From the NCBI GenBank assembly GCA_013239625.1, contig MU053629.1, positions 2,135,567 to 2,199,566 of the forward strand: DNA of 64,000 bases, in the 5' to 3' direction. The position numbers and the translations under genes were made by a program. Below the pieces are notes generated by a model. It was given only the letters and a program-made list of their open reading frames with translations. It made no database searches and was not told the origin of the DNA. This document shows positions 51,178-64,000 of the stretch, piece after piece. Every line of letters starts with the position of its first letter. The stretch's first letter is position 1. This stretch comes from Lama guanicoe. Its lineage: Eukaryota.

Positions 51178-52254
51178 CTCTAGACCTAGTCATTTAGATA
51201 GCTGCATCTCCTCTATTATCTCCGTTTCAGACATTCCGTTCTCCATTTATCCCCTCTTTAAAAATTTGTTTTATTATTTATTTTTACAGCTCCCTTGGAC
51301 AAGAATCTCAGTTCCATCAATCCTTTAACCTCACCACCTTCTGTACTGTGCATCTCACTTCTCACATCTTTACTTCCCTCCTCACCCTCACCTCCTTACG
51401 TTATGGTTACTTCCTGCTATATATTCTTAAATTGCTCATTGATAAAACTCCAGCCATGGTTAAATCCAAATTTTGGCTTACCCCATGCTTGCACCTTGGC
51501 ATCTAAATGTGGCTAGAGAAAACCACACAACTATTCTGCCTGTTCTCATTTTAAGTTCATGGTCATTAGCCATAAGTAGGCTTGTAATACATCACAGCAG
51601 TCCTACTACGTGTTCCTATCTATTCACTCTTTGTACCCTCATATTTTTTCAAACTTTCTGCCTCTCTTTCCCATCTTCAATCCCACCTTGCTTACTGTTT
51701 CACTGAAAAAAAAAAAGAAAAGAAAAGAAGAAGAAGCAAGAGCTTCTACTCATTCTACACATCTTCCCATTTATTTTTTCTCACATGGACCCAGTTATCT
51801 GTCTTTGCCCATGGGCTGCTTGTGTACCTGTCTACAGCTAATTTCTCCTCTTATATATACAAGATCTCTTCTTGTCTACTCAGGGACTTCACTTCAGCAT
51901 ATCTCCTTTCACTCTATTACAGAATAAATTTTTTTCTGTATGAAGATTATTCCCATCAGCAGCAAACATGCACTAAATTTTTCTAATCTTTTAACAACAG
52001 CCTCTCTTGAAGCCACATCCTCATCCAAAAAGTGCCCAATATTTCTCTGTTCCTTTTGGCAAAATTTCTCAAAAAGCAGTTTATACTCCAGTTATATTAG
52101 AGGCTCAATTATAGTCTTTATAATCATCTCCATTCCTCTCCTCCTTTTCTCTCTTAAACTAACTCTTAATTTGGCTTTTTCCTCTGCCATTCTACAGAAA
52201 CTGTCCTTGTCAAAGTCATCAATGACCTCCACGTTGGTGAATCCGATTAGTTCT

Positions 52255-53190
52255 CTTTTTTTTTTTTTATAAGTAATAGCTTTCTTGAGATACAATTCAC
52301 TTGCCATAAAATTAACATTTTGAAAGTATGAAATTCAGAAAATTTTAGTGTATTCACAGAGTTATACAACCATCACTGTTATCAATTTTAGAGCATTATC
52401 GTCACCCCAAAAAGAAACCTTGTGCCTATTACTAGTCACTACACATTCCTGCCTTCCTGTAGCCCTTGGAAATCATTACTCCGCTTCTGAGCCTTATTAA
52501 TTCGCCTATTCTGGATATTTCATATAAATGGAATCATACAATATATGGCCCTTTGTGTCTGGTTTCTTTCACTTAGCATAATGTTTTTAAGGATCAGCCA
52601 TGTTATAGTATGCATCCATACTTTGTTCTTTTTTATAGCCAAATATTCCATTGTTTGGATATATACCATATTTTGTTCATACATTTGTCAGTTGATGGAC
52701 AAATTTGAGTTGACTCCTCTTTCTGGATATGATGAATAATTTTGCTGTGAACATTCACGTACAAGTTTTGTGTAGACATATGTGTTCACTTTTCTTAGTT
52801 ATATACCTAAGAGTGGAATTGCTGAGTCATATTGCAACTCTGTTTAACATTTTGGGAAAGTGCCAAATTTTCCCCAAGTGGCTACACCAATTTAGAGTCC
52901 CAATGTAAGAAGCAATGTAAGAAGGTTTCAACTTCTCTACATCCTCATCAACACTTGTTACTGTCTTGTCTTTTATATTTGAACCATCTTAGTGTGTGTG
53001 AAGTGGTATCACATTGTGATTTTAATTTGCATTTCCCTAATGATTAATGGTTCTGAGGATCTTTTCATTTGCTTATTGGCCATTTATATATTTTCTTTGG
53101 GAAAAATGTCTATTCAGATCCTTTGCCTATCTGTATTTGGGGTGCCTTTTCATTGTTCAGTCATTAGAGTTTTTATGTGTGTGTATATAC
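52255..53190 (-). mobile_element. L1MB-type 3' portion nested in L2
   Basis: ttgagatacaattcac...ttctggatatttcatataaatggaatcataca...gtgtgaagtggtatcacattgtg. Confidence 0.9.
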
Positions 53191-54120
53191 TGGCTCTTTC
53201 AGAGGATTTGATTACTTTATCCTATACTTTCTTCACTTGATTTCCAGAACACCACATTCTCCTGATTTTTTTTTTCTCATCTTACTTTATGTCTCACCTC
53301 AGTTTCCTTTGCTGCTTATTTTTAATCTTTCCAACCTCTAAACATTGAAGGGTCCCTGGGCTTAGTCCTCAGACTGCTTATTATGTCACGCCACTCTGCG
53401 TTATCTTTTCCGCACTCATTTATATGCTGACAACTTCACATTTTCTTTCAGTCTCATATATTCATCTACCTACTTGACATTTTGGGTTAGATATCTGATA
53501 GACATTTCAAACTTAAAATGTCTAAAACCAGGCTCCTGATTTTTTTTTTTCCTCCAAAACCTGATCCTCCCTCAGTCTTCCTCATCTCAATAAAAAGCAA
53601 TTTCATTTCTCTAATTGCTTGGTTCAAGGTGTCATTCTTCTCATTCTTTCCCTGCCCACATGCAGTCCACCAGCAAATCGTCCTGGTTTTACCTTTGGTA
53701 TATTTAGAATCCAATTCTTCTCACCACTTTGACTAACACCAGCTGGTCCAAACCGCTGTTTAACCTCTTCTGGATTATCATAATAGCCCTTAACTAGTCT
53801 CCCTGTCTTTACTACCTTGTAATCTTTTCTCATCATAGTAGTCAGAGTGATCCTTTTGAAGCATGTCAGGTCATTCGACTCCTCTACGTAAAATCATGGA
53901 GTGGCTTCGCATATCACTCAGAAGCACTCAGCATTCTTACAATCACTTACATCATCTTGCCCCTGTTTTCCTTCTGACCTCATCTACTCTCTCCTTTCCC
54001 TGTCTCTTTTCCTTAATATTCCTCAAATGCTCTGGGCACATTCCTACCTTATGGCCTTTGCGTGTGTTGTTCCTTCTGTCTGCAATGCCCACCCTTCTGT
54101 TATTCTCATAACTTCAATAA

Positions 54121-54355
54121 CAGTGTCATGCAGAACCATACTGGAGCCAGAGGCAAAAGGAAAACTCAATAAGATCAGTCTAATCTTTATTTAAATTTAA
54201 TATTTTGTTCATTGTGGACTTTTGCATAGTTTACTTTTTAAAAATACTACATTAGAATATCATTTATCTTGATTCCTGAGGTTTTTGGTGCCCCTTTAAA
54301 TTTTGCACCCATGGTGAATACTTCTTGTGCCTTATTTGCCTATCATTTGCCTCAC
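54121..54355 (-). mobile_element. MER96B-like hAT element
   Basis: cagtgtcatgcagaaccatactggagcc...tttttggtgcccctttaaattttgcaccc. Confidence 0.75.
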
Positions 54356-54359
54356 TCTG

Positions 54360-55190
54360 CTCAGGAAACTAAGAACAGAAGGGAATTTCTTCCTAATAAA
54401 GGACATCTATCATAAACCTACAGTTAACATTGTAGCTAATGTTGAAAAACTGAGTGCTTTTGCCTTAAGATAAAGGCCAGGGTAAGGATGTCCTCTCTTA
54501 CTACTTCTATCCATCATTACATTGGAGATTCTAGCTACTGCAATAAGGACAAGGGAAAAAAAGAAATGAAAGGCATCCAAATTGGAAAGGAAGAAGGAAA
54601 ACTATTTATAGGTGTTATGATCATCTATGTAGAAAATACTAAAGAACATACAAAAAAGCTGTTAGAACTATATGGTAATATGGAGTTTAGCAATATTGCA
54701 GGATAGACATTTAAAGTATGAAAGTTAATTGTATTTCTATATACTGGCAATCACATAGAAATTTTTAAGATATAGTTTATAATAGCATTAAAAATATGAA
54801 ATAGGGACAAAGCTGAAAAAGATGTACAAAACCTATACACTGAATACTATAAAACACTGCTGAAAGAAATTTAAGAAGACCTAAATAAATAGAGAAATAC
54901 ACCATGCTCATGGATTGAAAGACTCAATAACATTATGGTGTCACTTCTCAGATTGATTGATAGTCAGTGAATCCTAATTCTCAGAAGTCTTTTTAATTTC
55001 TTTAGTAGAAATTGACAAGCAGATTTTAAAATTCATATGCATTCATACTGACTTCAGTTTGTATTATAAATCCATCTATTATAAATCTTCTAGTAATTGT
55101 CTTCATGGTGTTATACATGTCAAAACTTATAAATTGTATACTTTATATTTGTATGGTCTATTATTTGTCATTTATACTTCAACAAAATTG
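54360..55190 (+). mobile_element. Old L1 ORF2 reverse transcriptase fragment, plus strand
   Basis: ORF 54488-54706 contains EMKGIQIGKEEGKLFIGVMIIYVENTKE, a degraded GIQIGKEEVKLSLFADDMI.Y.ENPK. Confidence 0.85.
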
Positions 55191-55890
55191 GTAAATAGAC
55201 AAACAAACTAGACTACCCATTGTAATCAGGATATGAAGCATCTCATGTTCTGTTACTAGGAAAGTTAACTGATACAACTTCACTAGAAGGCAGTTGAAGA
55301 ATATGTATTGAAAATGTTTATACCCTACAATTCCACTTGTAGGATTTTATCACAAGAAAGTAATTAGAAACATTTTGCAACAATATGGACAAGGATATTT
55401 TAAAAAAAAATCAAGCAACTCCATATTCTAATTATAGGAAGCAAGTTAAATTTCTGTGTGTGTGTGTGTGTAACATTATGCAGCCATCAAAAACTATATT
55501 CTCAATGGCATAGGAAACTGTACATATAAAAGTGAAAAAACTGATTAAAAATAAGTATACTGGGTATGCCTACCTTTTTTTTTTAAACATAAAACTATTT
55601 ATAATGACTTTCTTTAGGAATGAGCCTTTTGCTTTCTTTATACCTTCATGTATTATAAAATATGTTTTGCCAGAAATAGTAACCTTACATTTTTAAATAA
55701 CATTTTAAAAATAAATATTGGCTCTAATATGGTTTGGAAGAATCTAGAAGGCACCTTATGGAAAGGGATGGTTTTCATTCTTGAATAGAAAGAAAATCTA
55801 CAGCTTCATGAAACTGCCATATGCCAGAAGCAGTGGTTGGTTTTTAGGAAAAAAACCAAAGACCTTGCATACCTATAAACACACTGACTT

Positions 55891-55983
55891 ATTTTTATTT
55901 TTTTAATGGTGGTACTGGGGATTGAACCCAGGACTTTGTGCATACTAGGCACGCGCTCTTAACAGTGAACTGTACTCTTCCCC
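55891..55983 (-). mobile_element. Camelid tRNA-derived SINE
   Basis: ggtactggggattgaacccaggac; TSD ctgactt(a/g)tttt. Confidence 0.88.
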
Positions 55984-56034
55984 TGACTTGTTTTGAGAAT
56001 GTAGAATTTTTTCTACTTTGAATAATGATCACCT

Positions 56035-57370
56035 TTATTTAAAAAATTTTTTTAATTGAAGTAAAATTGGTTTACAGTGTGTTAGATTCTGATGTACAAC
56101 AGTGATTTAGTCATGTACATATACATGCATATTATTTTTCATATTCTTTTTCATCATAAACTATTACAAAATATTGAATATAATTCCCTGTGCTATACCA
56201 TAGGACCTTTTTGTTTATCTATTTTATATGTAGTAGTTTGTATCTGCTAATCCCAAAGTCCTGATTTACCCACTTTCCCCTTTGGTAACCATAAATTTGT
56301 TTTCTATGTCTGCAGTCTGCTTCTGTTTTGTAAATAAGTTCCTTTGTCTCTCTCTCTTTTTTTTTTTTTTAGATTCCACATAGAAGTGATATTTGTCTTT
56401 CTCTCTGAATTACTTCACTTAATATGATGATCTCGAGGTCTATCGATGTTGCTGCAAATGGCATTATTTCATTCCTTTTTTATGACTGAGGTGGTATTCC
56501 ATTGTATATACATATAACACCACTTTTTCTAATCATCTCTCAGTGGACATTTAGGATGCTTCCACGCCTTGACTATTGTAAATAGTGCCACTATGAACAT
56601 TGGGCTGCATGTATCTTTTCGAATTTAGAGTTTCCTGCAGATATATGCCCAGGAGTGGGATTGCTGGATCATATGGTCATTTTTAGTTTTTTGAGGAACC
56701 TTCATACTCTTCTCCATAATGGCTGCACCAAATTACATTCCCACCAGCAGTGTAGGAAGGTTCCCTTTTCTCCACACCCTCTCCAGTATTTATTGTTTGT
56801 GAACTTTTTAATGATGGCCATTCTGATCAGTGTGAGGTGATACTTCATTGTAGTGTTGATTTGATTTTCTCTGATAATTAGCGATATTGAGCATCTTTTC
56901 ATATGCCTATTGGCTATCTGTATGTCTTCATTGCAGAAATCTTTGTTTAGGTCTTCTGCCCATTTTTTGATTGAGGGTTTTTTTTTGTTGTTGTTGTTGT
57001 TATTGAGTTATATGAGTTGTTTTATATTCTGGAAGTTAGGCCCTTGTCAGTCGAACCTCTTGCAAATATTTTCTCCCATTCTGTAGGTTGTTTTTCATTT
57101 TGCTTATGGTTTCCTTTGCTTTGCAAAAGCTTACAAGTTTCTAATTAAAATTTTTAAATTAATTAATTTATTAAATTTGCTTTTATTTCTTTTGCCTTAG
57201 TAGACTGACCTAGGAAAACATTGCTGTATTTATATCAGAGAATGTTTTGCCTATGTTCTCCTCTAGGAGATTTATGGTCTCCTGACTTATATTTAAGTCT
57301 TTAAACCATTTTGAATTTATTTTTGTGTATGGTGTGAAAGGGTGTCCTAACTTCATTGATTTGCGTGCAC
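56035..57370 (-). mobile_element. Intermediate-age 5'-truncated L1
   Basis: ORF 56702-56902 [12 protein letters not shown]...[18 protein letters not shown]; frameshifted elsewhere. Confidence 0.93.
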
Positions 57371-57499
57371 TATATGGGATCTCTTGATGTGTGATTTTTT
57401 AGATGATTAATTTAGATGGTTTTCTAAAAAGGTTAGCTTTTTGTAACTGAGGGCTTTTACATGCAGGTTATTTGATGAGATTATGTTTAATTTGGCATG

Positions 57500-59170
57500 C
57501 TACCTTGAGCTGTCTAATTATTAAAGTAGTATCTGTATATAGTTTTTAAAGTTAAAAGTACAACTTGGCTTATAATAGAACAGTCCCATGCTATAGATTC
57601 TTGCTCCCCAGGGGCAACACTTTTACATCTTATTGTTCTTTCTTCTGGTATTAACTTGCATAGTTCAGAAAACTTGTGTATTCTGCTGTTTGTTTTAATA
57701 TTTCAAATGTATTAAATTATCTATTACTTACTGTGATGAAAGATGAGATTTAGTTCTCTCACCCTTCCCGACCCCATCATGTGCATACTGTGTCTCTTGC
57801 TTCCTTTCTTGCACATAGCCTTTTGTTTTCCCTAAATTGTTTTTTGTCTGTTTGCTTATACTTTTCTGTATCCATCAGTAATTCATCTCCAAACTCTTCA
57901 ATAGAACTGAAAATCTTTTCTTGATATGTTATAAACATACTTGATTTTTTTTCCTCAGGTTTTTTTTGTTTTTTCCTCCTCTTAGAGACATTACTTGCTT
58001 GAATGCTTTTTCTCTAAATGTGAACTTTCTAGGCCAGCTAAATAGTCTTTGTCTTGGAATTTCCTTCTGTGTTGGAACCTTGCCTTTCTGGATGCTGTAT
58101 CTTCCTCTTTCTCAGTTTATTTCCTTGTGATACTAGAGTACATCTTCTAGTAGTAGCTTTCTGAGAAAGAGTGTGGGAGGAAAATTTTTGAGACCTTACA
58201 AGTCCAAAAAGTTTGTCTAGATACTAAATTCAAGGTTGGAAATATTAGGTTGAACTGTAGGAAATTACTGCTGTTAGTTAACAATTTTTGGCCTCCAAAA
58301 GTGGTGATTTGATAGTTTGACCTAATAATTTTACCTGATGTGCTTTGGTGTGGGTTTCTTTTCATCTAGACTACTAGTAGCTAAGTTCTAGATAGCCATT
58401 TCAATCTAGAAATCTGTATCTGAACTTTTTTAGGTTCTTTTCTTTTTTTAAAATACATTTCCTTTTCCTTCTTTTTCTTTATTCTTTCTACAACTCTACT
58501 AGTTGCATTTCAACCATACTATACTGCTCTTCTCAGTTTTTTGTTTTTCACCATTTTGCATCTCTGTCTTTTATGTAGTAGATTTCTTCAACTTTAGCCT
58601 CCAATTTCCTATTTTTACATACACACACACACACACACACACACGTGTGTAAAACTTCTACAGTCTCCTTATACTCGGAATACTTTTTCATTGTCTCTTG
58701 TTCTTGCTCCCTGGATCTTATGTATGATATCATTTTTCATTTTGTTTTTTCTGCTCCTTGCATTGTCTCTATTTGCTATGAGTTTATTCATTATTTAGTT
58801 TAGACTCATATTAGTGGGGTTATTTTTTAATCAATTGCCTTGTCATTCTTGATTATTCACTTATATTTAAAAGCAAGACACTACAGTCCTGTTTTAGAAG
58901 CTCTGTTTTCATTGGTGGGGCTTGTCAGTTGGTGGAATTTACTGTAGGGGTGATTTGACTGTGTAGGTGAGGGTCGCCCAGTTGCCAGCATCTGTAGGTC
59001 TTTCATCTTAGGGCAAGTCATTTTTCCCTCAGAAGAATCGCACAATCTTTTGCGTGCTTTCACAGAGCCCAGTGAAGGGAAAGGAGTTTTGTGTTTCACT
59101 GTTGCTGTCAGTGTTGTACTTTCCAATAAGTTACGTTTCCAATTTATTATATTTTTCCAACATAGCAATT
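57500..59170 (-). mobile_element. HAL1-like element
   Basis: ctggatgctgtatcttcctctttctcagttt...catcttctagtagtagctttctgagaaag is the reverse of the motif seen at 45180-45260. Confidence 0.6.
58621..58650. repeat. (AC)12 followed by (GT)3
   Basis: Direct reading. Confidence 0.95.
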
Positions 59171-60589
59171 GTGAATGCTTTTTATTGGGTTAAGTTACAC
59201 AGTTTTTTTGGTAAGTATTCCCATGTATTCCCTTTGAATATAGTAATAAATAAGTTTCATTTCTTAATCTTGCTGTTTCCGGTGTAGCTACCTAACACCT
59301 AATTGGGTGTTCAGTATCTTTAGTTAATGCTCATTTCCCTTTGGGCTCATTGATCCCTGTGCCAGCCATACTCAGTAGATTCTGGCATGAATGAATTACT
59401 TCAACATTCTGAGTGCTAAATTCTTGTTCTGTAAAGTTACTCACAGAGAAGAAAACCTAGTATAAGATATTTTGAAATGCATGTCTTTAATTGGGATTAT
59501 ATACAATAGGAAATGTGCCTGGAAAGTCAAATTACTGATGACTTTGTTAAATTTTCAGGGAGAAGTTAATTGCCTAAGAAGGCAATAGAAACAAAAGTCG
59601 GTTTGGTGAGATACTGGTTGTCCCCTTCATGTCCTGCCTAATTATACTAATCGTCGTCTTTCCTTTCTTAACTTTTAGGTTGGCTTAAGGAAGAAGGAGG
59701 AAGGAGAAGGGAGTCAGGAATAACTGGAACTAATAGATGCCAGCAGCATTCTCTACTGTGGTCTTTAAAGGAATGCTGGGTAGAATATGACTATTGAAAC
59801 AGAGTAAAAGTTAGCAAAAGATTTTAAGTTTAGCAAAATGAAATAGTTCTCAAGCTTGTTACAACCACCATTTAATGCTTTTTCATTAGTTGTCTCTAAT
59901 TTTAACCTTTCCCATAAATCATAGGCAGAGAGGCAGCTGTAATATAGCCCTTCTCTTTTACCTCCAGAATAAAGATGTTTGTCTTCAAGATAATAATTTC
60001 TTTCCTTTATAGCTTTTCTTCCTGTGAGTGATGTCTCTGCCTGTTGCTTTCTAGAAGAGGTTCCAGAAGGACAGTGCTCTGCTGTTTATTTGGTATTTTA
60101 GGAGAGGCTACTCTACAGAACAAAGAATGATATAATTTAACCCACAAGGATGGCAGAGACTAAAGGAATTAGTTCATTGTTTAGAGCAGCTGAAGGAAAT
60201 AGCAGCCCATTGTTTTCCAGTGTGGATCTTGCCACCCACCATTTATTGAAATCTCAGCCTTGCCTTTGCATACATTTCAGTGTCATAAGAGATCAGAAGG
60301 GAAAATCCTATCCTACCATTTCCTTTATACCATAGAGTGGCTATTATATAGATAAATGAGACTTTGTCCATCCTGTCAGTGCTGTATTTTCAGCACCTAG
60401 CACTTACAGTAGGACCTTAGTAAACTTTCTTGCATAAATGCTGAAATAACTACTAAATCGTGGGGCAGTGGTTCAGCGAACCTCATAACAGGGATGAAAC
60501 ATCAAGTTTCCAGAAAATTGTGGTGTGTTTTCCTACATTTGTGGAGAGATTAGTAAAAGTTACCCCAGCCTAATTAGATTCTCAAAGTC

Positions 60590-60790
60590 ACTTATTTATT
60601 CATTGATTCAAAAAGAAATTTATTGACTACTTACCATGATCAGGCATAGTGCTAGACCCTGGGATAGGGTGTTGAAATAGGAAATGCCCTCCTTCATGGA
60701 ATTTCCAGTTTATCATGGAAGGGAGAGGTTACAAAAAGTCATTTTGCATGAGATAAATGCTACAAAGGAAAGGAAACTTATACCTCTGAG
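60590..60790 (-). mobile_element. L2 3' end
   Basis: ttattcattgattcaaaaagaaatttattgactacttacc...caggcatagtgctagaccctggg. Confidence 0.75.
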
Positions 60791-60959
60791 ATATTATGAA
60801 AGTGGACTCCCTAGCTTAATTTTTCTGAAAACTAATGTGGTTAGCCAAATCTCTCCACAACTAAAAGGCGTCATCAGGAAAGCGTGGCATGTTTCCTCCT
60901 TGTGGCATTGTGTAGACACTAGATCATAGGAATAACTGGGTATAATTTGTTTTCTTCTC

Positions 60960-61640
60960 TTAGTTTTAAGCTGTGAAATATATCCTGTATATTTGAATAA
61001 CAATAAAAAGAACACATGTACATGTCACCCATGGTAAGAAGTAAAGCATTAACAACACTTTAGGTTTAGAACCTCCTTTGTGACCCTTTCCTCATTGTAC
61101 CCTCTCCTTCCTCTTGACCTCCCACTATCAAGCGTTTTATATTAATCAGTCACCTGCTTATCTTTGTTTTTCTGTTTGTCTGTATTACTAAGGTATCTTT
61201 CATAGTTTTGCCTGATTTTGTTCCTGATTTAAATAGAATCACATCATGCCTGTTACTGTGACTTGCTTTTTCCTTGTCCATGTTGCTATGTATATTGTAG
61301 TTAATTTTTTTTCACTGCTTTTAGTGTTCCACTGTAAGAATATATGAAAATATGTATTATCCATCTGTTGATGGACATTTAGGTTCTTTCCAGCATTTTT
61401 GCTATTACCAACATTGCTGCTTTGAACATTGTTTTATCTCTCTGCACAAGTGCCAGGGTTTCTCTAGCATATAAACCTAAGGGTGGAGTGCTAGGTAGTA
61501 GGATGTGCACATGTCCTACTTTACTAAGTAAGGTCAGTTTGTGAAAGTGGTTGTACTAATAGTTTATGCCCCCACCAGCTTTGCTTATTCAGTACTCTAC
61601 TGTCAGCTTTGAAAAATTTTGCCAGAATGGGAGGTGCATA
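60960..61640 (-). mobile_element. Old L1ME-type 3' portion
   Basis: ctgttgatggacatttaggttctttccagc...tttctctagcatataaacctaagggtgg. Confidence 0.7.
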
Positions 61641-61665
61641 AAAGCTTTTAAGTATGGCCAGTAAT

Positions 61666-61782
61666 GGGGGTGGGTATAGCACGAGTGGTAGATTGCCTGC
61701 TTAGCATGCATGAGGTCCTGGGTTCAATCCACAGTACCGTCTCTGAAAATAAATAAATAAATAAACCTAAGTACCCCCCCCA
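61666..61782 (+). mobile_element. Camelid tRNA-derived SINE, long form
   Basis: gggggtgggtatagcacgagtggtag...gcttagcatgcatgaggtcctgggttcaatcc plus (AAAT)n and cctaagtacccc. Confidence 0.92.
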
Positions 61783-64000
61783 AATGTAGTCAGTAAGTGA
61801 TTAAGGACACGTGAGCACCTGTCAGTATGTTGTGTACTCACACCTGTCTTTTCTTTTCCTTACTCTCATTCTTTGAAAGAAATGAATCCAAATAGGAATA
61901 CAGGAATGGGAATTTTAAAACTCTCAGGGCTTCAGGGAGGGCAGGAGGAAGTGAGGGCAAAAAAATTCTCAGGGATTACCCTGAGGTTTATAAGGTACAA
62001 AGTATTGCTTCCTCTGAGTGTTGTGAAACAAGGACAGTGTGCTAAGATAGCCTCCTTCTAAATATATGTGTATATAGACTTTCCCTCTGAATGGAAAGTA
62101 GCCTTACTAGGATGGTAATGAAATAACTTGGTACTTTGCCAGATGGCTTAAAATAACTGTATGAAATGAGAACTTCTTGGAATGTGACTTTTTTTTCTCT
62201 TTCTGCAGTAGATTAGAAAAGAAGTTGTTTGATATGTTGTTAGGCAAAATCTTAGTGTGAGGGAGAAGAGAAAGATGTGTTTTGGGGCTGTTGATGTGAT
62301 CATACTGTGACACAGAACAGTGCATGTAGTGAAATTTTACTAGGAGTTTCTCTTTAGACCAGTGGAATTAACTGAATGTTGATTAAGGATGTGAGGTAAA
62401 CAACAAAGATGTTCAAAAGGCATATATTTTTGCCACAGGTACTGTGTTAGAAATGTAAATATAATATATCTCTTCTGTAGTGGTCCCCTCCTCCCTTCTG
62501 GCAGTTGTAAGTTAATTTATTTAGTCTCTTGCATGTATGTGCCTGTTCTCTCATTCTAATCTTTTTATTAAATCAGATCAACCCAGGCTTTTTTTTTTAA
62601 AAAAATACAACATATAGTCTATATTCATCTTTATTTAGAAACTGATATATATATTTTGATGTAAAAAAAATGCAGAGACATAGCCTAGTTTTCAATATAT
62701 AAAAATGAAATATCTATTTTGATTCATGTGTAAAATCTTTGCTTATTCATTCACATTATATTTTAAATGGAGGCTTGTTTTAATCTAGATTTATAGGTAC
62801 CATCATATAGTTATGAAGCTGATAAATCCCTGTCTTATTATTATATTGTCAAGATCAACCTAGCATTTTGTCTGGAAATCCATTCTAGCAACCTGAGCAA
62901 AACCTATAAAGGAAGAAAAGAAAGATTATCTTTAAAACCAAACTCTCAAACCCTGGAGATGTGAAAACCATACCAAAATAGGCCATTTTAATATTTCATA
63001 GTTTGAAAGAGGTTATCTCATTGCCTGAGGGATAAATGCATCTCAACTTTTTCACCATTTATTATATTTGAAATACACATATCTCTATGGAGCTCAAAAC
63101 TGTGATTCTTCCAACGTGTGTCTTGCTTGGATCCTAAGCCTGATGTTAATCCAAAACCACTGTGGTTTAGGTGCTGCTTTTATCTTATGCATATCATTTT
63201 GAAGAGGTTCCTCGCTGGCAGTGTTTTATTTTTGTACTGAAAATGTGTGTTGGAATGCAGAGGTTTTCATTTTGACGAATACCTTTGTAATAAAGCTGAA
63301 GTTAATAGCAGTGCTATTAAGGATAGCTTCCCCTAACAGTCATACCAGTTTGGATTTAAGCAAGATTAGAATTAGAAGACTAAAGTCCTACCTTTTTTTT
63401 TTTTTAATTTCATAAGGAAACTGAGGTCAAGAGTGCTTAAATGACCACAGCTAATGTCTAGAAATCTTGAGGATGCTAGAAAAAATCCTTCACAAAATTA
63501 AAGTTTGCTTGTTATAGAGAACATGGAGGAACAGACTGAGGGAAGGCCTCCCCGATCTTTTGAAAGACAGCTTAAGAATTTGTGCTGTAGATATTTTCCC
63601 CTTATTAGAATACGTCTCACTCACTTATTTTTCCAAAGATTCCTTCTCCAGCACATGATTAGCCAAATGCCTTCTTGAAGTGAAGATTCAGTGTTTTCTA
63701 ACTCCTTAGAGAATTATAGGATTAGTACCATTTGTCACCTGCTGATCAGTTTTATCTGCTTAGGGAGACTGTGTGCTGGTAGGTTATATAGTGTATTCTA
63801 CAAGAAGGGGACAGATGTACAGAGCACTGGAAATTGTGGCAACCTCTCCATAGTGCAACAGGGACCATGTTTCAGCTACCCATATTGGGCAAATAGTTTA
63901 CTCACCAGAATGTCATTTTGGGACTTTCGACTTTCTCTCCTGGGTTCGTTCCTGGCTTGCTCGGATGAACATTAGCAAGTTCCATTTTAACCCTTCTGAT

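Larger units (their letters stand above)
48870..54110 (+). mobile_element. Long L2 (endonuclease region to 3' region), multiply interrupted
   Basis: From about 50807 it translates SWLTYAFSNTTSGLILGKFTVLINDLANTFAS*FLD...HGHILN (APE endonuclease ILGDFN / HGHTLD motifs); downstream L2 motifs ttgtcaaagtcatcaatgacctcca and gacatttcaaacttaaaatgtctaaaacc. Confidence 0.8.

Noticed and set aside
52901..52924. 12-bp direct repeat caatgtaagaag x2
   Set aside because: Ordinary slippage duplication inside an L1MB.
1..64000. CRISPR arrays, operons or prokaryotic defence systems
   Set aside because: The sequence is mammalian repeat-rich DNA with no regularly spaced repeat-spacer array and no gene-dense ORFs.

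Overview
This window is AT-rich mammalian non-coding DNA, most likely from a camelid (camel/alpaca group). That assignment rests on eight copies of a tRNA-derived SINE with the head GGGGAGGGTATAGCTCAGTGGTAGAG...GGTTCAATCCCCAGTAC (vic-1-like) and on lineage-type L1 3' ends. I recognise no host protein-coding exon, rRNA, true tRNA or CRISPR array. The only long ORF (34733-35596, minus strand) is the C-terminal part of L1 ORF2 in a young, 5'-truncated L1 flanked by a target-site duplication (TSD). The rest is a layered record of transposable elements: L1 of many ages (mostly on the minus strand), HAL1, L2, MIR, MaLR/ERVL LTRs and hAT transposons (MER5/58/63/91/96/112/119-like, plus a Charlie/Buster transposase fossil). 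The L1 strand bias suggests an intron of a large gene transcribed on the + strand. Subfamily names come from recalled consensus sequences and need RepeatMasker/Dfam confirmation; boundaries of old elements are approximate. I found no convincing novel biological system. The best observations are in-frame ORF2 deletions in the young L1, a 3'-less L1 flanked by an apparent TSD inside a long nested L2, a perfect 22-bp inverted duplication, microhomology-bounded SINE deletions, and a few candidate regulatory or splice elements in unique sequence.
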